From positions 11,164,210-11,228,209 of the forward strand of contig JAHRHZ010000274.1 in the NCBI GenBank assembly GCA_024137785.1: a stretch of 64,000 nucleotides of DNA, in the 5' to 3' direction. The position numbers and the translations under genes are program-made. The notes under the pieces are model-generated. The model searched no databases. It was given only the letters and a program-made list of their open reading frames with translations, and was not told the origin of the DNA. Positions 51,936-64,000 of this stretch are shown piece by piece. The DNA is from Ginglymostoma cirratum (taxonomy: Eukaryota). Position 1 is the first letter of the stretch. Every line of letters begins with the position of its first letter.

Positions 51936-54097
51936 CAAATCCTAACTCATGACCAAGCTCACAAATAAAAGGTGGTCATCTCCTTCAAGGGTAGGATGAA
52001 TATATCCAGTCTTGCTCAAATCAGCTGACATGGATGCCGATAGCTAACATTAAATTGCTTAGTTACAACATTCTGCCGATAGTACTGAATGTGCATGTGT
52101 AGTAGTAATCGCATACAAAAGCTCACTAGTGCTTCAGGCAAACACCCAACTGCTTAAATTTTTCTTAACTTCCACTGACTCATGCAAAAGTTATTTCAAG
52201 TATTAGAGAAGTATTTTAAAGAACAGAAACAGAGTATTCAGTCAACACTTCCATGTCAGCATTTATGCTCCATATGAGCACTCTCCTACCCGTCTTCATT
52301 TAACCCTAAACTCAGACAGCATAATACATACAAGCAATAAATACTGTATTCCACATATATAGATCAAGGTCTGATAATGCTGCTGTATAATTAACATTTA
52401 ACTCCTTTACACAGGAGTTATCTACTTGAAGTTATTCATGTACTACTACGAAAGTGCTACATTTAGGCAGCATCCAATTTTTTTTTCATGTATCTTAATT
52501 TTTTTTTAAATGCACCCATATACTCTCCAAACAATGTGTCAGTCCTACTGGAAAAACTTCACATTTACAGACATTCAACGTCTACAAACTCACCTCCTCA
52601 TATTACTTTCTATACTTAAAACATTATTTTTTTTTATTCATAGAATCCCTACAGTGTGGAAACAAGCCATTTGGCCCAACAATACAAGACCCAACTGCAA
52701 AATTTCCATATAATTTTTGATGTATCCTCAATTTTCCACTATTATCTTTCAATGTGAAAATTATCCACCACATATTTAAAATCATCATCCAACAAATGAA
52801 AAACTGACCTAAGTTACAGTCTACATAGGCATTTGCTAGCATCTCTAGGAAAAAATTCAATACCAAGATAGTAACTGGAAAATTGTAACCACGAATTTAC
52901 GCCAAATCCTCTTTCCTGGGATTTTTACAAAACTGGTTTTTGTTTCAATTTGTAAAGGATCTCTATCTCCAATGATACAATCATATTCTGTGGCAAATCG
53001 AAAAAATTCTCAAGCACTTGCCCCACCTGTGAGCATTCCAATCAAAATACAACATAATGCACAGCACGATACATTTCATTACAGCAACTAAATTGATGGA
53101 TACAACAAATTAATCCTCAATACAGAAGAACATCAACTATAATGGAAAATCCCTTCAGCACAATTTATTAAAGATAGTTTTCAACAAATCTAAAGTACAC
53201 AATTGTTTCACCATAAGCAAGTTCACCAAAAGTTCAATCTGCTGTATCGTGCAAAATAACTGCACTTGTGAAAGACAATCACTCGGAGCACTCACGGTCC
53301 ATATCATTGCATCAATAACAATGAATCAGAGAAAATGCTGTTATTCTACAACTCTTTGGTCTCCACTGACTTCCTAATTCCCCCACACCTTTATTATATT
53401 TCTAAATTTTCATCCAAGGTTATAGGGTTCTACACAGCTTCATTCAACCCTACCACTGAAAACTTCCTGAAACTATTGATTTTGGCGTTCCCTTTGGTGA
53501 TTGGGTCACTGCCTTTTTTCCCCCAAATGTCTCTCCAAAATCCTCAATCATAGCACATCTTGTTCTATTTTCAAAGGCCTCTGTATACATTATACTTTTG
53601 CCCATGACTTTGACAATTTCTCCCATTTTTTCCTCAGATTTGATTCCCATTTAAATGCAACACTTTAAGAGAATTTTGCCTCAGCTCATCTGCTGCTGAA
53701 ACTGGACTTGCTACCCTGAACTATTGCGTCATATTGCTGACCAGCATCCCACTAAACCTCACTCAGGGTTCCTATTATTCAAGACACTGTCCATAAACCG
53801 ATTCATACATGGTTCTGTGCATCCATCACCGCTCTGCAGAAACAACCTCCTGACTCTCCTCCAATTTTGGTCTTGAACATCCTCTATTTTAATTGTGGCA
53901 CGGAAGATAGCTATGCCTTCAGCTCGATGCCCTAAAACTCTAGAAAACCCTCCATAAACCTTTCCATTTCACTTGCGTAGTTTAAAAATTCTGCTTGAAA
54001 GATATACCTTTGAGGACACATGACCAAATATTTACTCAATGTGTTTTCTTTTTATGGGTTCCTTGGACATTCAATTACATTCAAGGTGCAGTAAAAA

Positions 54098-54234
54098 TGT
54101 TTTTTTCTGAAGAAGGGTCCAGACCTGAAACATCAGCTTTCCTGCTCCTCTGATGCTGCCCGGCCTGCTGTGTTCATCTAGCTCTACACCTTGTTATCTC
54201 AGACTCCAGCATCGGCAGTTCCTACTATCTCTCT
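54098..54234 (+). mobile_element. Solo PLE 3' end starting at the hammerhead, with 11-bp TSD
   Basis: TSD tgcagtaaaaa at 54087-54097 and 54235-54245; core CTGAAGA...GAAACATC at 54107-54134. Confidence 0.85.
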
Positions 54235-55989
54235 TGCAGTAAAAAGGTTGTTGCTCTTGTTTGCTCCACCAAACACTATATCAATACAATCTCCCTTCTC
54301 CCCATGTTATCCAATCACTGTCACTGCCAATCTCCTTTTTGCTGTCCAGTGAAACAAAGTACATATTACCGCCACTAAAGTTTATGCCTTCGCTTTAACC
54401 CCAACTCTCTCTGTTCAATTGGCAGTTGTACTATGCGGGAGATTTAAAACATTAAACCCTCACTAGGCGCAATCACAAGCAGATCTGCAATTCATTCTAT
54501 GATGGAACACGTATTACTCCTGAGGCTCACCCCAACAATGAGCAAATAAGCTCAATCTAAAACATATATGTTCCATGTAAATAAGTCCTTTCAATTTTCT
54601 ATATAAAACAACTCCAACCTTTCTCAAACATAAGCATGCTTAAGGACTTCAAATCAGTCTTAGGAACAATGCGTATCACTTCTAAACCAAAGTGTGTGTG
54701 TACATTTCAACCCATCCACAATACACTTTAATACACATTTTCTTGTCCGTTGCACCTCTTAAAAATGTAAATACTGTAACCTGAAAATATTGGATTTAAA
54801 TTCAAATTTTCATTGTCACAACTTCCACAATGCCCAAAAACTTATTTTACAAATGAAACCAACCTCAAAGCCCAATTACAGTTTCTAAAATAATACTTTA
54901 AAACACCAAATTTATGCCATTAGGTGATCAAACACAACCTCATAAAATCAATTTGTTTACACAGATTTTCCCAACTGAAGATTTATTTTCTGACGTTTGC
55001 CAAAATACTTTGTTATTATGAACTTAAATTACACTACAAAAAGAATCAAATCTTAAAGGGTGCCAAAGTTCTCAGTTTTGCCCATGATACTTCTAATTTC
55101 TCATTTCAAACTGGTTCTCCATAATCATAAAATCAACAGTAACCATTTGTATTTCATTCTGCATTATAACAAACATGGGATCACCACACAACTTAAACTC
55201 AGAAGAAAGAAATCTTACTGGGATACTGGTTTCTTCCTAGTAAGGAGGGTTTGAATGAGAATTTCCCAACAATGCAGTACAATGACGACAAAACTGGCCA
55301 TTTAAATAACAATAATTTTATACTAATTGTGTAATTTCAAACTACATATGTGCAATTTTTGATTCTACATTTGTCTTTGACGTGCCACATGTTACTGCTA
55401 GGAATGAAATGGAATATTTTGACATCAGTCACAAGTCAGGGAGTGCATGATCAGTTGGAGAGTAAAACTCCCCTTGCAGAATTTAATAACATGCCTCAAG
55501 CTCAACTTAGAAAGTCATCTCAACATACTAATTAAAAATGCTTCCACTGCCCACAACAGCTATCTCTGTCGTTTAAATGAGAGTACCCATTTACTGGAAC
55601 ACTTTGCAATTCAATTCCTTGTGGTGGACAGGTTTGATAGGCTGAATGGCCTACTTCTGCCCTCACATCTTATGTACCTCAGACACAACTCAATTGAAAC
55701 ATGTTCCTTAAAGATCTCTGATCACTCACTCACTTGTCTGGAATAGATTTGAAACTGGGTTCTAAATATCTGAGTTGAAAGCAGAAACATTCCATAAATC
55801 ACAACATGAATCTATCTTCTGTTCCTCCCATGAAGGCAAAAGCATCACCTGCACCTCCTCTTCATTTTCTAAAATACATAACTGTAATTGCGTTCTGAAA
55901 TATACAACGATAACAAACATTAACAGATTGGTGTTGGATATACTCGTTTACAATTTGCAAACTTCAATTTACAAACATGCTTGCTTTTT

Positions 55990-56315
55990 TCTTTATTCAT
56001 TCACAGGATGAGGGCATCACTGACCCAGCAGCATTTATTACCCATCCTGAATTGCCCGGAGGGCAGTTAAGAGTCACCCACATTGCTGTGGGTCTAGAGG
56101 CACACGCAGGCCAGACCAGGTAAGGATGGCAGTTTCCTTCCCGAAAGGTCATGAGTGAACCAGATGAGTTTTTCCAAATACTGACGATGGATTCATGGAC
56201 GTCATTAGATTCTTAATTCCAGGTATTTATTGAATTCAAATTCCACCATCTGCCATGGCAGGATATGAACCCAAGTCCCAAGAACATTATCTGGGTCTCT
56301 GGGTTAACAGTCCAA
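55990..56315 (-). mobile_element. tRNA-derived SINE with LINE-like tail
   Basis: tttattcattcacaggatgagggcatc tail; aaattccaccatctgccatggcaggatatgaaccc B-box region. Confidence 0.65.
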
Positions 56316-58362
56316 CTGAAATAATTTATATTGGTTCATAGTGCATGTAATCCAATGAGATCCAAAATGTATTTTCTATTTATCAAAATGACAGTTGAAA
56401 CCAAACAAAAAAGCCAATAAACTTTTAATAGAAGTGGACAAATACCGATCAGAAATTATTAAATGTGGTTTGTAAAACAGAGTTAAAGAAAGTGGAAGAA
56501 AAATACAACATGATGTGCCAAAGAGTGGGGTCTGTAGCTTCTTACTCAGTTCAATGCACATTCACGGCATTAGCTGGAAGACGGACACTAAGTATTTCCT
56601 TTTCTTTCAGGGTGGGAGGGGAATTCAGATGACTATAGTTGTGCGGGAACAAAGCTATGTCCACGTCTAGTCACATTAACAGAAACCCAAAAGCAAGCTG
56701 GATGCACACACTCTTCTTCAAACAAACTGTATTGTGCATCAAGAAACTGAAAGGGAAGAAATGTAAACTTTAACCTAGAAAAAGGAAATTTTGAATAGAT
56801 TTGTTTTTAATTATTGCCACAAATCCACAGAGTCTAGAGTCACAAAAAAGATGTTGAGAATATGGATCCTATTTAAAATTGAGTAATGATGCAAGGAATG
56901 GGCTTTACAATCTCAAATATTTATATAAACTGAAATATATGTACATAATATTACATTCACAATGAGCGTCTGGTAATGTTATCAGTTGTGAGTTGAAGGA
57001 AGGCATTACTCCTCACACTTTCAAATAACTATTGTGATCATTGATCTTGACTTCAGTCTACTTTCTTCAAGTAATTCTTTCTGATTTAGGTAGTCTGATT
57101 TATTAGACCTCTTCACGATGGCATGCTAAAGAGCTTTGTTTTTAATTTCTATAACTGCTGTACAAAGATCTTCATTTGATAGCAGTCTCACTTAGTGGAT
57201 GCTCTAGAATGTGATGCCCTTTTGGCACTGGTACATCTAATAACCCTGGTATGGCAATACTGCAGTATTGTAGGCACCATCAGTATCAGGAACACATAGG
57301 TCTTCTTGTATTTTCAAATTTTCAAAAATTAGGCTAGAACATTGGAGAATAACATTTACAAGTCTTGTTTGAATTAATTGATTTAATGGCTAAATTTAAA
57401 GTCTTAGGTGCTATCATGATAAGTTTAGTAAGACCAAGTGGATCATAAACCAAAACCTACAGTTTTCCTTCGAAAAACCTAAACCACTTATGTCCAAATG
57501 AAAAAAAAATTGCCAAGTCTTTAAACCTTTACTATTTTAAGTGACATAACAAGAAATTGATCTCCTGCTACAACAAATCTCTAAACATCTTGAAAAAGCC
57601 TTCACCTAATTTTTTTTAAAAAGTCTATTTCAGCATCTCAAAAACATAATGTAATGACCGGTTTACAGAAAGAATAGTGAAACCGCTATCAAAACAAAAA
57701 AAAAAAGGCACAGTTCACAACACAAAAAATACATCCCAAAGAATTAAAGTGCAAATTACAAAATATCAGCTAAAAATATACATTAATTTAACTTCAAGCA
57801 GAAGAAAATTAACTTGACAAGCAAAATAATTAAACATTAACTTAATCAGTTAGATTTAATTTTATTCCCAAAACAATTTAGAAATGACGAACAAAATTAA
57901 AATGGAACTGATTACATTTTAAAATATAACTACCTTAAATTAAAACAAAAAGAAACGAGCTAGGTAGCTGTAAACTGATTGCACTGAAAGCCCTAGGCCT
58001 TCCCTAGGCCTTTCTTAGACTTGTTACCAATCCCCTCGGCTGCTGGAGGAGGGGTAACACTCAGTTGCAAACACCAAGACGTGATGAGATGAAATGAAAC
58101 GAGATGTCAAAAAAATCATTTTCCTTAGTGAAAACAGATGAGAACCACCCTGGATTTATTTATTAGAGGGAGTGCGTGTTAAATCCCAAACTGGAAAACG
58201 AAACCAGAGCGATGGTGAGGAAAAAGAGGTGGGGGCGGTGATAGGTGGACTAAAATCATGGGGATTACTAGCAACAAACAAAACTAAAGATGCAATATAA
58301 CATGAAGGAATCAATGAAGGCATTCCCCCCTCCTCCTCCTTTACAATTCTCTCCACACCTTA

Positions 58363-58551
<189 letters not shown>

Positions 58552-58840
58552 TCACAGAAAGGCGAGCATGAAGGGAAGAGGGGAAGGGGAGGCGGAAGAA
58601 ATTCCAAAAAAAAACTCCACAAAAGACCCCCGGGTTATTTTTTTTTCACTGTGGAGACATAATCCTCCTCCGACAAATATTTTTCCCTCTCAAACTCTTG
58701 ACCACCTCCTCCTTTCCCTTGATATTTTTTTCTTCAGGTTTTTTTTAAAAATCGTCTTTTCTTCTAATGATCTACATATATATAAATAAAAAAGCAAAAC
58801 AATAATAAAATGTCTTTCCCCCCCTCCTCCTCAGCGGACT

Positions 58841-58882
58841 CTCTCTCTCACACACACACACACACATACATACATACATACA
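58841..58882. repeat. (CT)n(CA)n(TACA)n compound microsatellite in the 5' UTR/promoter region
   Basis: ctctctctcacacacacacacacacatacatacatacataca seen directly. Confidence 0.9.
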
Positions 58883-59270
58883 CCCCCACCCGCTCGAACC
58901 AACTTGACGGCCGGAAGCGAAGGCTGATGGTTTTGGGTGGGGGGGGGGAGGTGGATGAGAGAAGGAGAGGTGAGTGCGCAGGCGCGTCGATTGGCACTGA
59001 GCGGGAATGTGGGCGGAGGGGGTGAAGGCCGTGAGTAAAAGAAGGGAAGGGAAAGTGAGCGAGCGCCTGAGTCTGCGGAGGGCGGGGTAAACCGGATTTG
59101 ACCGACGTCGCGTATCGGCCAATAGCGCCGAGGAATCGTGCGCGCCTACTGACCAATCGGGAGGGGGCAGGCGGGATGTCCGCCGCGCGAGCCCTGACGG
59201 TTGCTGTCTAGGATATGCGCCTCGGGTGGAGGTGAGTTCCTGCCCGTTCGCGCAGGTGAGGTTTGTTGGA
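58880..59270. promoter_or_regulatory. CpG-island promoter of the Gq-class gene
   Basis: Sharp local rise in GC and CpG in an otherwise CpG-depleted window. ETS-like CCGGAAG 58911-58917, NRF1-like TGCGCAGGCGCG 58975-58986, ATTGG 58990-58994, CCAAT 59119-59123 and 59153-59157, GC boxes 59011-59016 and 59080-59087. Lies about 400-700 bp upstream of the ATG. Confidence 0.8.
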
Positions 59271-60689
59271 GGAGGTTGCTGGGGAAAGCGTCTCAGAGTT
59301 CTGGTAGTACTTTGGTAGCCTTTCGACCTGGGATCAAGTCCCAGCCTATTCCCCAGGTGTGTTATAATATAAAACAGAACGGCCAATGCTGGAAATCTGA
59401 AACAAAGGTAGAAATTGCTGGCGAAGTCCAACAATTCTTAGCAGTCACGAGATCTGGAATGTGAAGTCTCTTTCTCTCTCCACACGTGCTAAGTTTTTTT
59501 TTGTCTGTGTAATAACGTATCTGGTCTAGTGGATGTAAGAGAAAAAAGGTCTATGCTGCAGCCGACAATGTAACTTGAGTCGTTACTGTATTTTAATGTC
59601 CCAACGTCTTGTCAATGTGGTGCGTCTGTGCTGGTTAGTATTTGTTTGCCAGCCTGAAGAGTGTTGTTTGATGAGATTATCCCTGAGCAATACTGCTCTT
59701 GATTCACCTGTAACATGTTGACCAGTAATTGCTGCCCATGTCTCCTATAAATTGCCCTGAGTAAAGGTAAAATCACCAGAGACCTTCCAGACCAGAGGGC
59801 TGCTCTGTCTCTAGACAGAGATGACTGGTAATGGTTTAACCTGAAGAACACACCACACCTCAGGTGAGAAGGAGACGCTGTTATAATAGCCTCAGCTGAT
59901 GTGAAAATTGAACCCATGCTGCTGGCATTCCTCCATGTCACAAACCAGCCACCCAGCATTTGTCGGAATCTGTTAAATGTCATGGAGTTTTTGCAGCACA
60001 GAAAGTGGCCCTTCAGTCCATCATGTCCATACCAGTCATTGAACATCCATCTATTCCAATCACACTTTCTAGCATTGACTCAAGCCATCTATGTTATGGT
60101 GTTTCAAGTGTTCATCTACTGCCTGCTGCTTACCTTCAACCTCAGCCCCTGATAATTGAACCATCTACAATGGGGATAAATTTCTCCCTGAATCTGGTCT
60201 ATGCCCTTCAGAATTTCATACACATACACGTTTTGTACACATCCTGAGCAACGGTATCTCAACTGTTGGACTCATCTGTAATATGCCTATCAATAATTCT
60301 CTTTCACAACTCGTAGTCATATCTTGTATTATTTGCTCTGTGTAGCAATCAATGAGATGGCATACTTTGGACCTCAATGGAATTTAATTTGTTTTTCGTG
60401 GATTGTGCATAGATGTCAACCAGTGTTGCTGTCCATGAGTTAACAACACTTCTCTTGTCATCAGTGACTTTTGATCAGAGAACTCCCAACAAAGACAATG
60501 CTACTTTCCCTCTGGAATCTTCGCAATCTTTTTAAGCCAACCTTCAACTAAATGGATTGTGCTGAGAGCACTGCTGTAGACATTATACCACACTCATTCA
60601 CTATCCTGAGCAGCACACTTCCCCAATCGGGGTCTCCTTGTTGACTCAGTTTTCTGGAATTTTCTTGCAGTTCAAACTGCTCCAATTAA

Positions 60690-60855
60690 ATACAATAAAA
60701 GAAATTGCTGGAAAATCAGTTATGAAGAAGAGTCACTGGATCCAAAATGTTAACTCTGATTTCTCTTCACAGATGCTGCCAGACTTGCTGAGAATTTCCA
60801 GAAATTTCTGTTTTTGTTTCAGATTTCCAGCATCTGTGGTTCTTTTAGTTTTTTA
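60690..60855. mobile_element. Fold-back hammerhead-family element with perfect 12-bp TSD
   Basis: TSD tgctccaattaa at 60678-60689 and 60856-60867; short inverted left arm; degenerate core atgaagaagagtcactggatccaaaatgttaac. Confidence 0.75.
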
Positions 60856-61476
60856 TGCTCCAATTAAGTGTTTGCTTCTTTTAATTCTCTGATCACATGT
60901 GATTTTCCCTTCAGCTGCTGTAAACTTTCCGGCAGTTAGTGAGACATTTATGGACAACTTTTCAAGCCCTTCATATTGGCTGTGAGCAGCATGCTACTAA
61001 TTAGGATTGCTTAGTAGTCACTCAGTCTGCAAGCTTGTGTCAAAAGGAGAGCAAGCCTTTCGTAACACACTGCTTGCTGAAAATGTGCTATTTCTGTTTC
61101 ACTTCTAACTCACATAGGAGAACTTTAAAAGGGGCATTCGTGCTGTCATCATCATTACAAGCCCATAGATGCTCCTAAACAATGACTCTTCCCACCGTCA
61201 TTCCTACAAAATCTTAATGCATTGAGTTGCTAACTTTCAACGTATTGTTCACTTTATACATAAGTTTCTGAAATGCACTGTTTGTTTTGTTGAGATTTCC
61301 CCTTGATTGTAATTGATATGTCACGGGCCTATCTTCTTTCTTATCTGCTCATCATTTTTTCTTATTTCACATTAACAGCGTTCCTTCTGCACTCATCTTG
61401 TATTAACCCATTTCCATGCATCCCATTTTAACAAAATTAACTATCTACACAGTGATCATAATCAGGCACATCTGTT

Positions 61477-61579
61477 AGAAGAAATAACAAGGTGTAGAGC
61501 TGGATGAACACAGCAGGCCAAGCAGCATCATAGGAGCAGGAAAGCTTGATGTTTCGGGCCTAGACCCTTCTTCAGAAAT
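61477..61579 (-). mobile_element. Solo PLE 3' end starting at the hammerhead, with perfect 12-bp TSD
   Basis: TSD ggcacatctgtt at 61465-61476 and 61580-61591; rc core CUGAAGA-A-GGGU(CUAG)GCCC-GAAA-CA-UC at 61548-61575. Confidence 0.85.
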
Positions 61580-62429
61580 GGCACATCTGTTTTCAGCTTT
61601 CTCATGGTGTATTCAATCCAGACCACCCTGTTGAAACTTCCATTCCAGTAGCTACTTCCCCAACTATAACTGAACATACAGCACATCCCAATTGCTTCTT
61701 TCCATACCATTGCCCGCAGTCCTAAACATATTGTCGGTTTGCATTATGTACAAATTCTCCAAAGTATGCCTCTATTTCCTCCATATTCTAGAATATTTTG
61801 CTGACTTGTATACTGGTGAGATTGAAAGTATGAAGTATTTATCAGCAAGCATAATTCAGACTTCCCTCTGATTTAACCATTCCTCCCATTGCCACTCCTA
61901 AATTTCCACTATTAGTTTGAGTTACTTGTTTGATTCAAGTTCAACATAGACTTTCAAAAACTGTTATAAATATCAAACCTCAACGTCACAGCTTAGGAGG
62001 CTTGTTAGTTCAGTTGATAGATGCCTAGTGTCTAGTTTGAAATAACACCAAGAAAATGAGATTGGATCCCTGGTCTGGAGGAGTTTGATTTGGAATCTGC
62101 CCCCTTACTCAGCAACATTGTAAAATTGTGGCATATGTAGTGGCTCAGTAAACCTAAATAATCAGGTATGCTACCTGGAGGCAAGTAGTCATGTTATGGA
62201 CGTTATGTTACTTCTAAGGGTGTTGCATTCAATATCATACAGTACCAATCTGTGGCATTTCCTAGCCAGTTCATTTCAGTTACGTTAGAGTCAGCGGGCA
62301 ATGTCATTTTTGCCATGCTCTTGCCTGTGATTGAAATGACCTTGCATATCATTTATAACTTTCCTGTCCTTTCCAGATTTTGATAAAACTATGCAGTGCT
62401 TATTAAATGCATTTCATACCCATATTTAG

Positions 62430-62528
62430 AATATTTGAAACAAAAACAGAAATTGTCAAACTGAACAGGTCTGGCAGCATCTGTGGGAAGAAAACAGAGT
62501 TAAGACCGGTGGCCCTTCATCAGAACTG
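62430..62528 (-). mobile_element. Hammerhead-family mini-element with the GAAA segment deleted
   Basis: rc cagttCTGATGAagggccaccggtc-ttaactctg...agatgctgccagacctg. Confidence 0.6.
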
Positions 62529-62881
62529 AAATGAAAAGAGTTGAATTAGAAAAAAAAAAAAATAGAGAAAAGGAAAAGTTTGCTATGCAAAGAAAAGAGT
62601 AATGGAATGGGAAGAGAAAGAAAGGAAACTGGCTAGAAATAAGAAAACTTCAACTGGAAAAAGAGGAGAAAGGAAAGCAAAAACAACAATGGAGCCTCAA
62701 CAGTGGAGATGCATCTTTTCAGAAGTTTCAGTTCAATCAGAGGATGGCAGTTTCTGGTTCCTAAGGATGACAATGAGGCCTCAAGGTGGCAGTTGCACAC
62801 TAATTCCTGACCATCTGTCACTCATGTCACTAGGGCACCGGAGTAAATAGAACGTACTTCAGGCTATGATGAACAAGGCCA

Positions 62882-63190
62882 TTAGTGGATGAGGATTAGA
62901 GGTCTGTGATACATGAGGGAATGCGAAGATGAGGGTTAGAGATCAGTGATGTACAAGGGGGCGGAAGGATGCGGTTTGAGGTCAGTGATTGATGATGGAC
63001 AGTGAATGACGGGTAGAGGTCAATGAAACACAATGGACAGTGGATGAGGGGTAATGGTTGGTGATACATGAGGGATAGTGGGTGAGGGGTAGGGGTCAGT
63101 GATATTTGAGGGTCAGTGGATGAAGGCTAGGGATCAGTGATACTTGAGCAATAAGAAGATGAAGGTTAGAGGTCAGTGATACATGAAGTG
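62882..63190 (+). repeat. Degenerate ~38-bp minisatellite, about 8 units
   Basis: Recurring ggatgagg.tagaggtcagtgatacatgaggg.cagt. Confidence 0.8.
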
Positions 63191-63370
63191 GTGGATGCGG
63201 GTACAATTACAACATTTAAAAGACATTTAGATAAGTACATGAACAGGAAATGTTTGGAGCGATATGTGCCAAGCACGGGCGTGTGGGACTAGTTTAGTTT
63301 GGGATTATGGTCAGCATGGACTGGTTGGACCGAAATGTCTGTTTTCATGCTCTATTGTATTGACTCTATA
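63185..63370 (+). mobile_element. CR1 LINE 3' tail
   Basis: gtggtggatgcgggtacaattacaacatttaaaagacatt...ggaccgaaatgtctgtttt; similar to 25400-25570. Confidence 0.8.
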
Positions 63371-64000
63371 ACTCTCAGAAGGGGTCACCATGGTTATCTA
63401 GTCAGGATACCCTCTCCTAACTTAATGGGAAGGCAAGTAATTGGTCCAGTGGCGAGTTAAGGCTTTTAACTGGCCATTAATTTACCACGTAAGGGCTTCA
63501 ATAGTGACGAGCGAAGAAAGTCCCCAATGGACCTTCTTTCTTGCAGCTAATTGCTGAGGTGGTGGAGAGGTGTTGAGCATCTCTCCAGAGTCAACTTACC
63601 CAGTTAATTATCCTTCTTGCCGCCTTCCGTGTCACTTCCAAAGAAGGGGAATGTGCATCCAATATTTTAGTACTCTTATGAGATTCATAGATTGCTGTCG
63701 CTGACACCTCACAGTGATTCCTTGAATGATCAGATGAATAGAGATGGATCCTGTTTTGTTGAGTGAAAGGTAAAGTTGTGAGAGCAGACCAGTGATAATA
63801 CTTTTTGAATAGCTAGGCAGAAAGAACTGGATTGAAAACACTTACATTTATTGTCCAGTAAAACTCAATTGTCAAAAAAGTAGATTTAATTTCTACAACT
63901 AATATCAAGCTGAAATAAATTTTCTAGCACTGGAGCAATTGTTTTTACGTGTAAGACTGCTGGTTAAGTTAGTCATAGTCATATTCAAGATGGGTTAGAT

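Noticed and set aside
57991-58012. ccctaggcctt x2 direct repeat near the exon 1 donor
   Set aside because: An 11-bp tandem duplication consistent with slippage; no support for function.
58130-58152. aaacagatgaga could encode KQMR as in G-alpha exon 2
   Set aside because: Wrong strand, and the flanking GTGESGKSTFI and IIHG are absent.
58772-59434. 220-aa minus-strand ORF across the promoter
   Set aside because: It spans a CpG island, a microsatellite and a repeat tail; low-complexity product with no recognisable domain, as expected in GC-rich DNA.
62882-63190. CRISPR-like array
   Set aside because: Vertebrate DNA; tandem units are diverged along their whole length with no unique spacers or cas genes.

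Overview
Eukaryotic, repeat-rich vertebrate DNA, almost certainly a cartilaginous fish (HE1-type tRNA-derived SINEs with CR1/HER1 tails, DeuSINE/SacSINE1-like remnants, abundant CR1, L2 and Penelope-like elements). The only host coding sequence I can find is coding exon 1 of a Gq-class G-protein alpha gene on the minus strand (58518-58383, [46 protein letters not shown], most likely GNA11). A CpG-island promoter lies at about 58880-59270. Positions 1-58382 are apparently intron 1 (>58 kb; I could not find exon 2). The most notable pattern is about 15 minimal hammerhead-ribozyme motifs (CTGA[T/A/G]GA-A-stemII-GAAA-CG-TH) carried by Penelope-like (Neptune-type) elements and by 100-200 bp solo or fold-back derivatives, many with readable target-site duplications. 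Other points: a perfect 145-bp inverted duplication (49637-49781 / 51151-51295), a templated inverted insertion containing a micro-inversion, nested transposon stacks, a degenerate ~38-bp minisatellite and a 400-N assembly gap. All alignments were made by eye, and repeat family names rest on motif recognition, not database searches.
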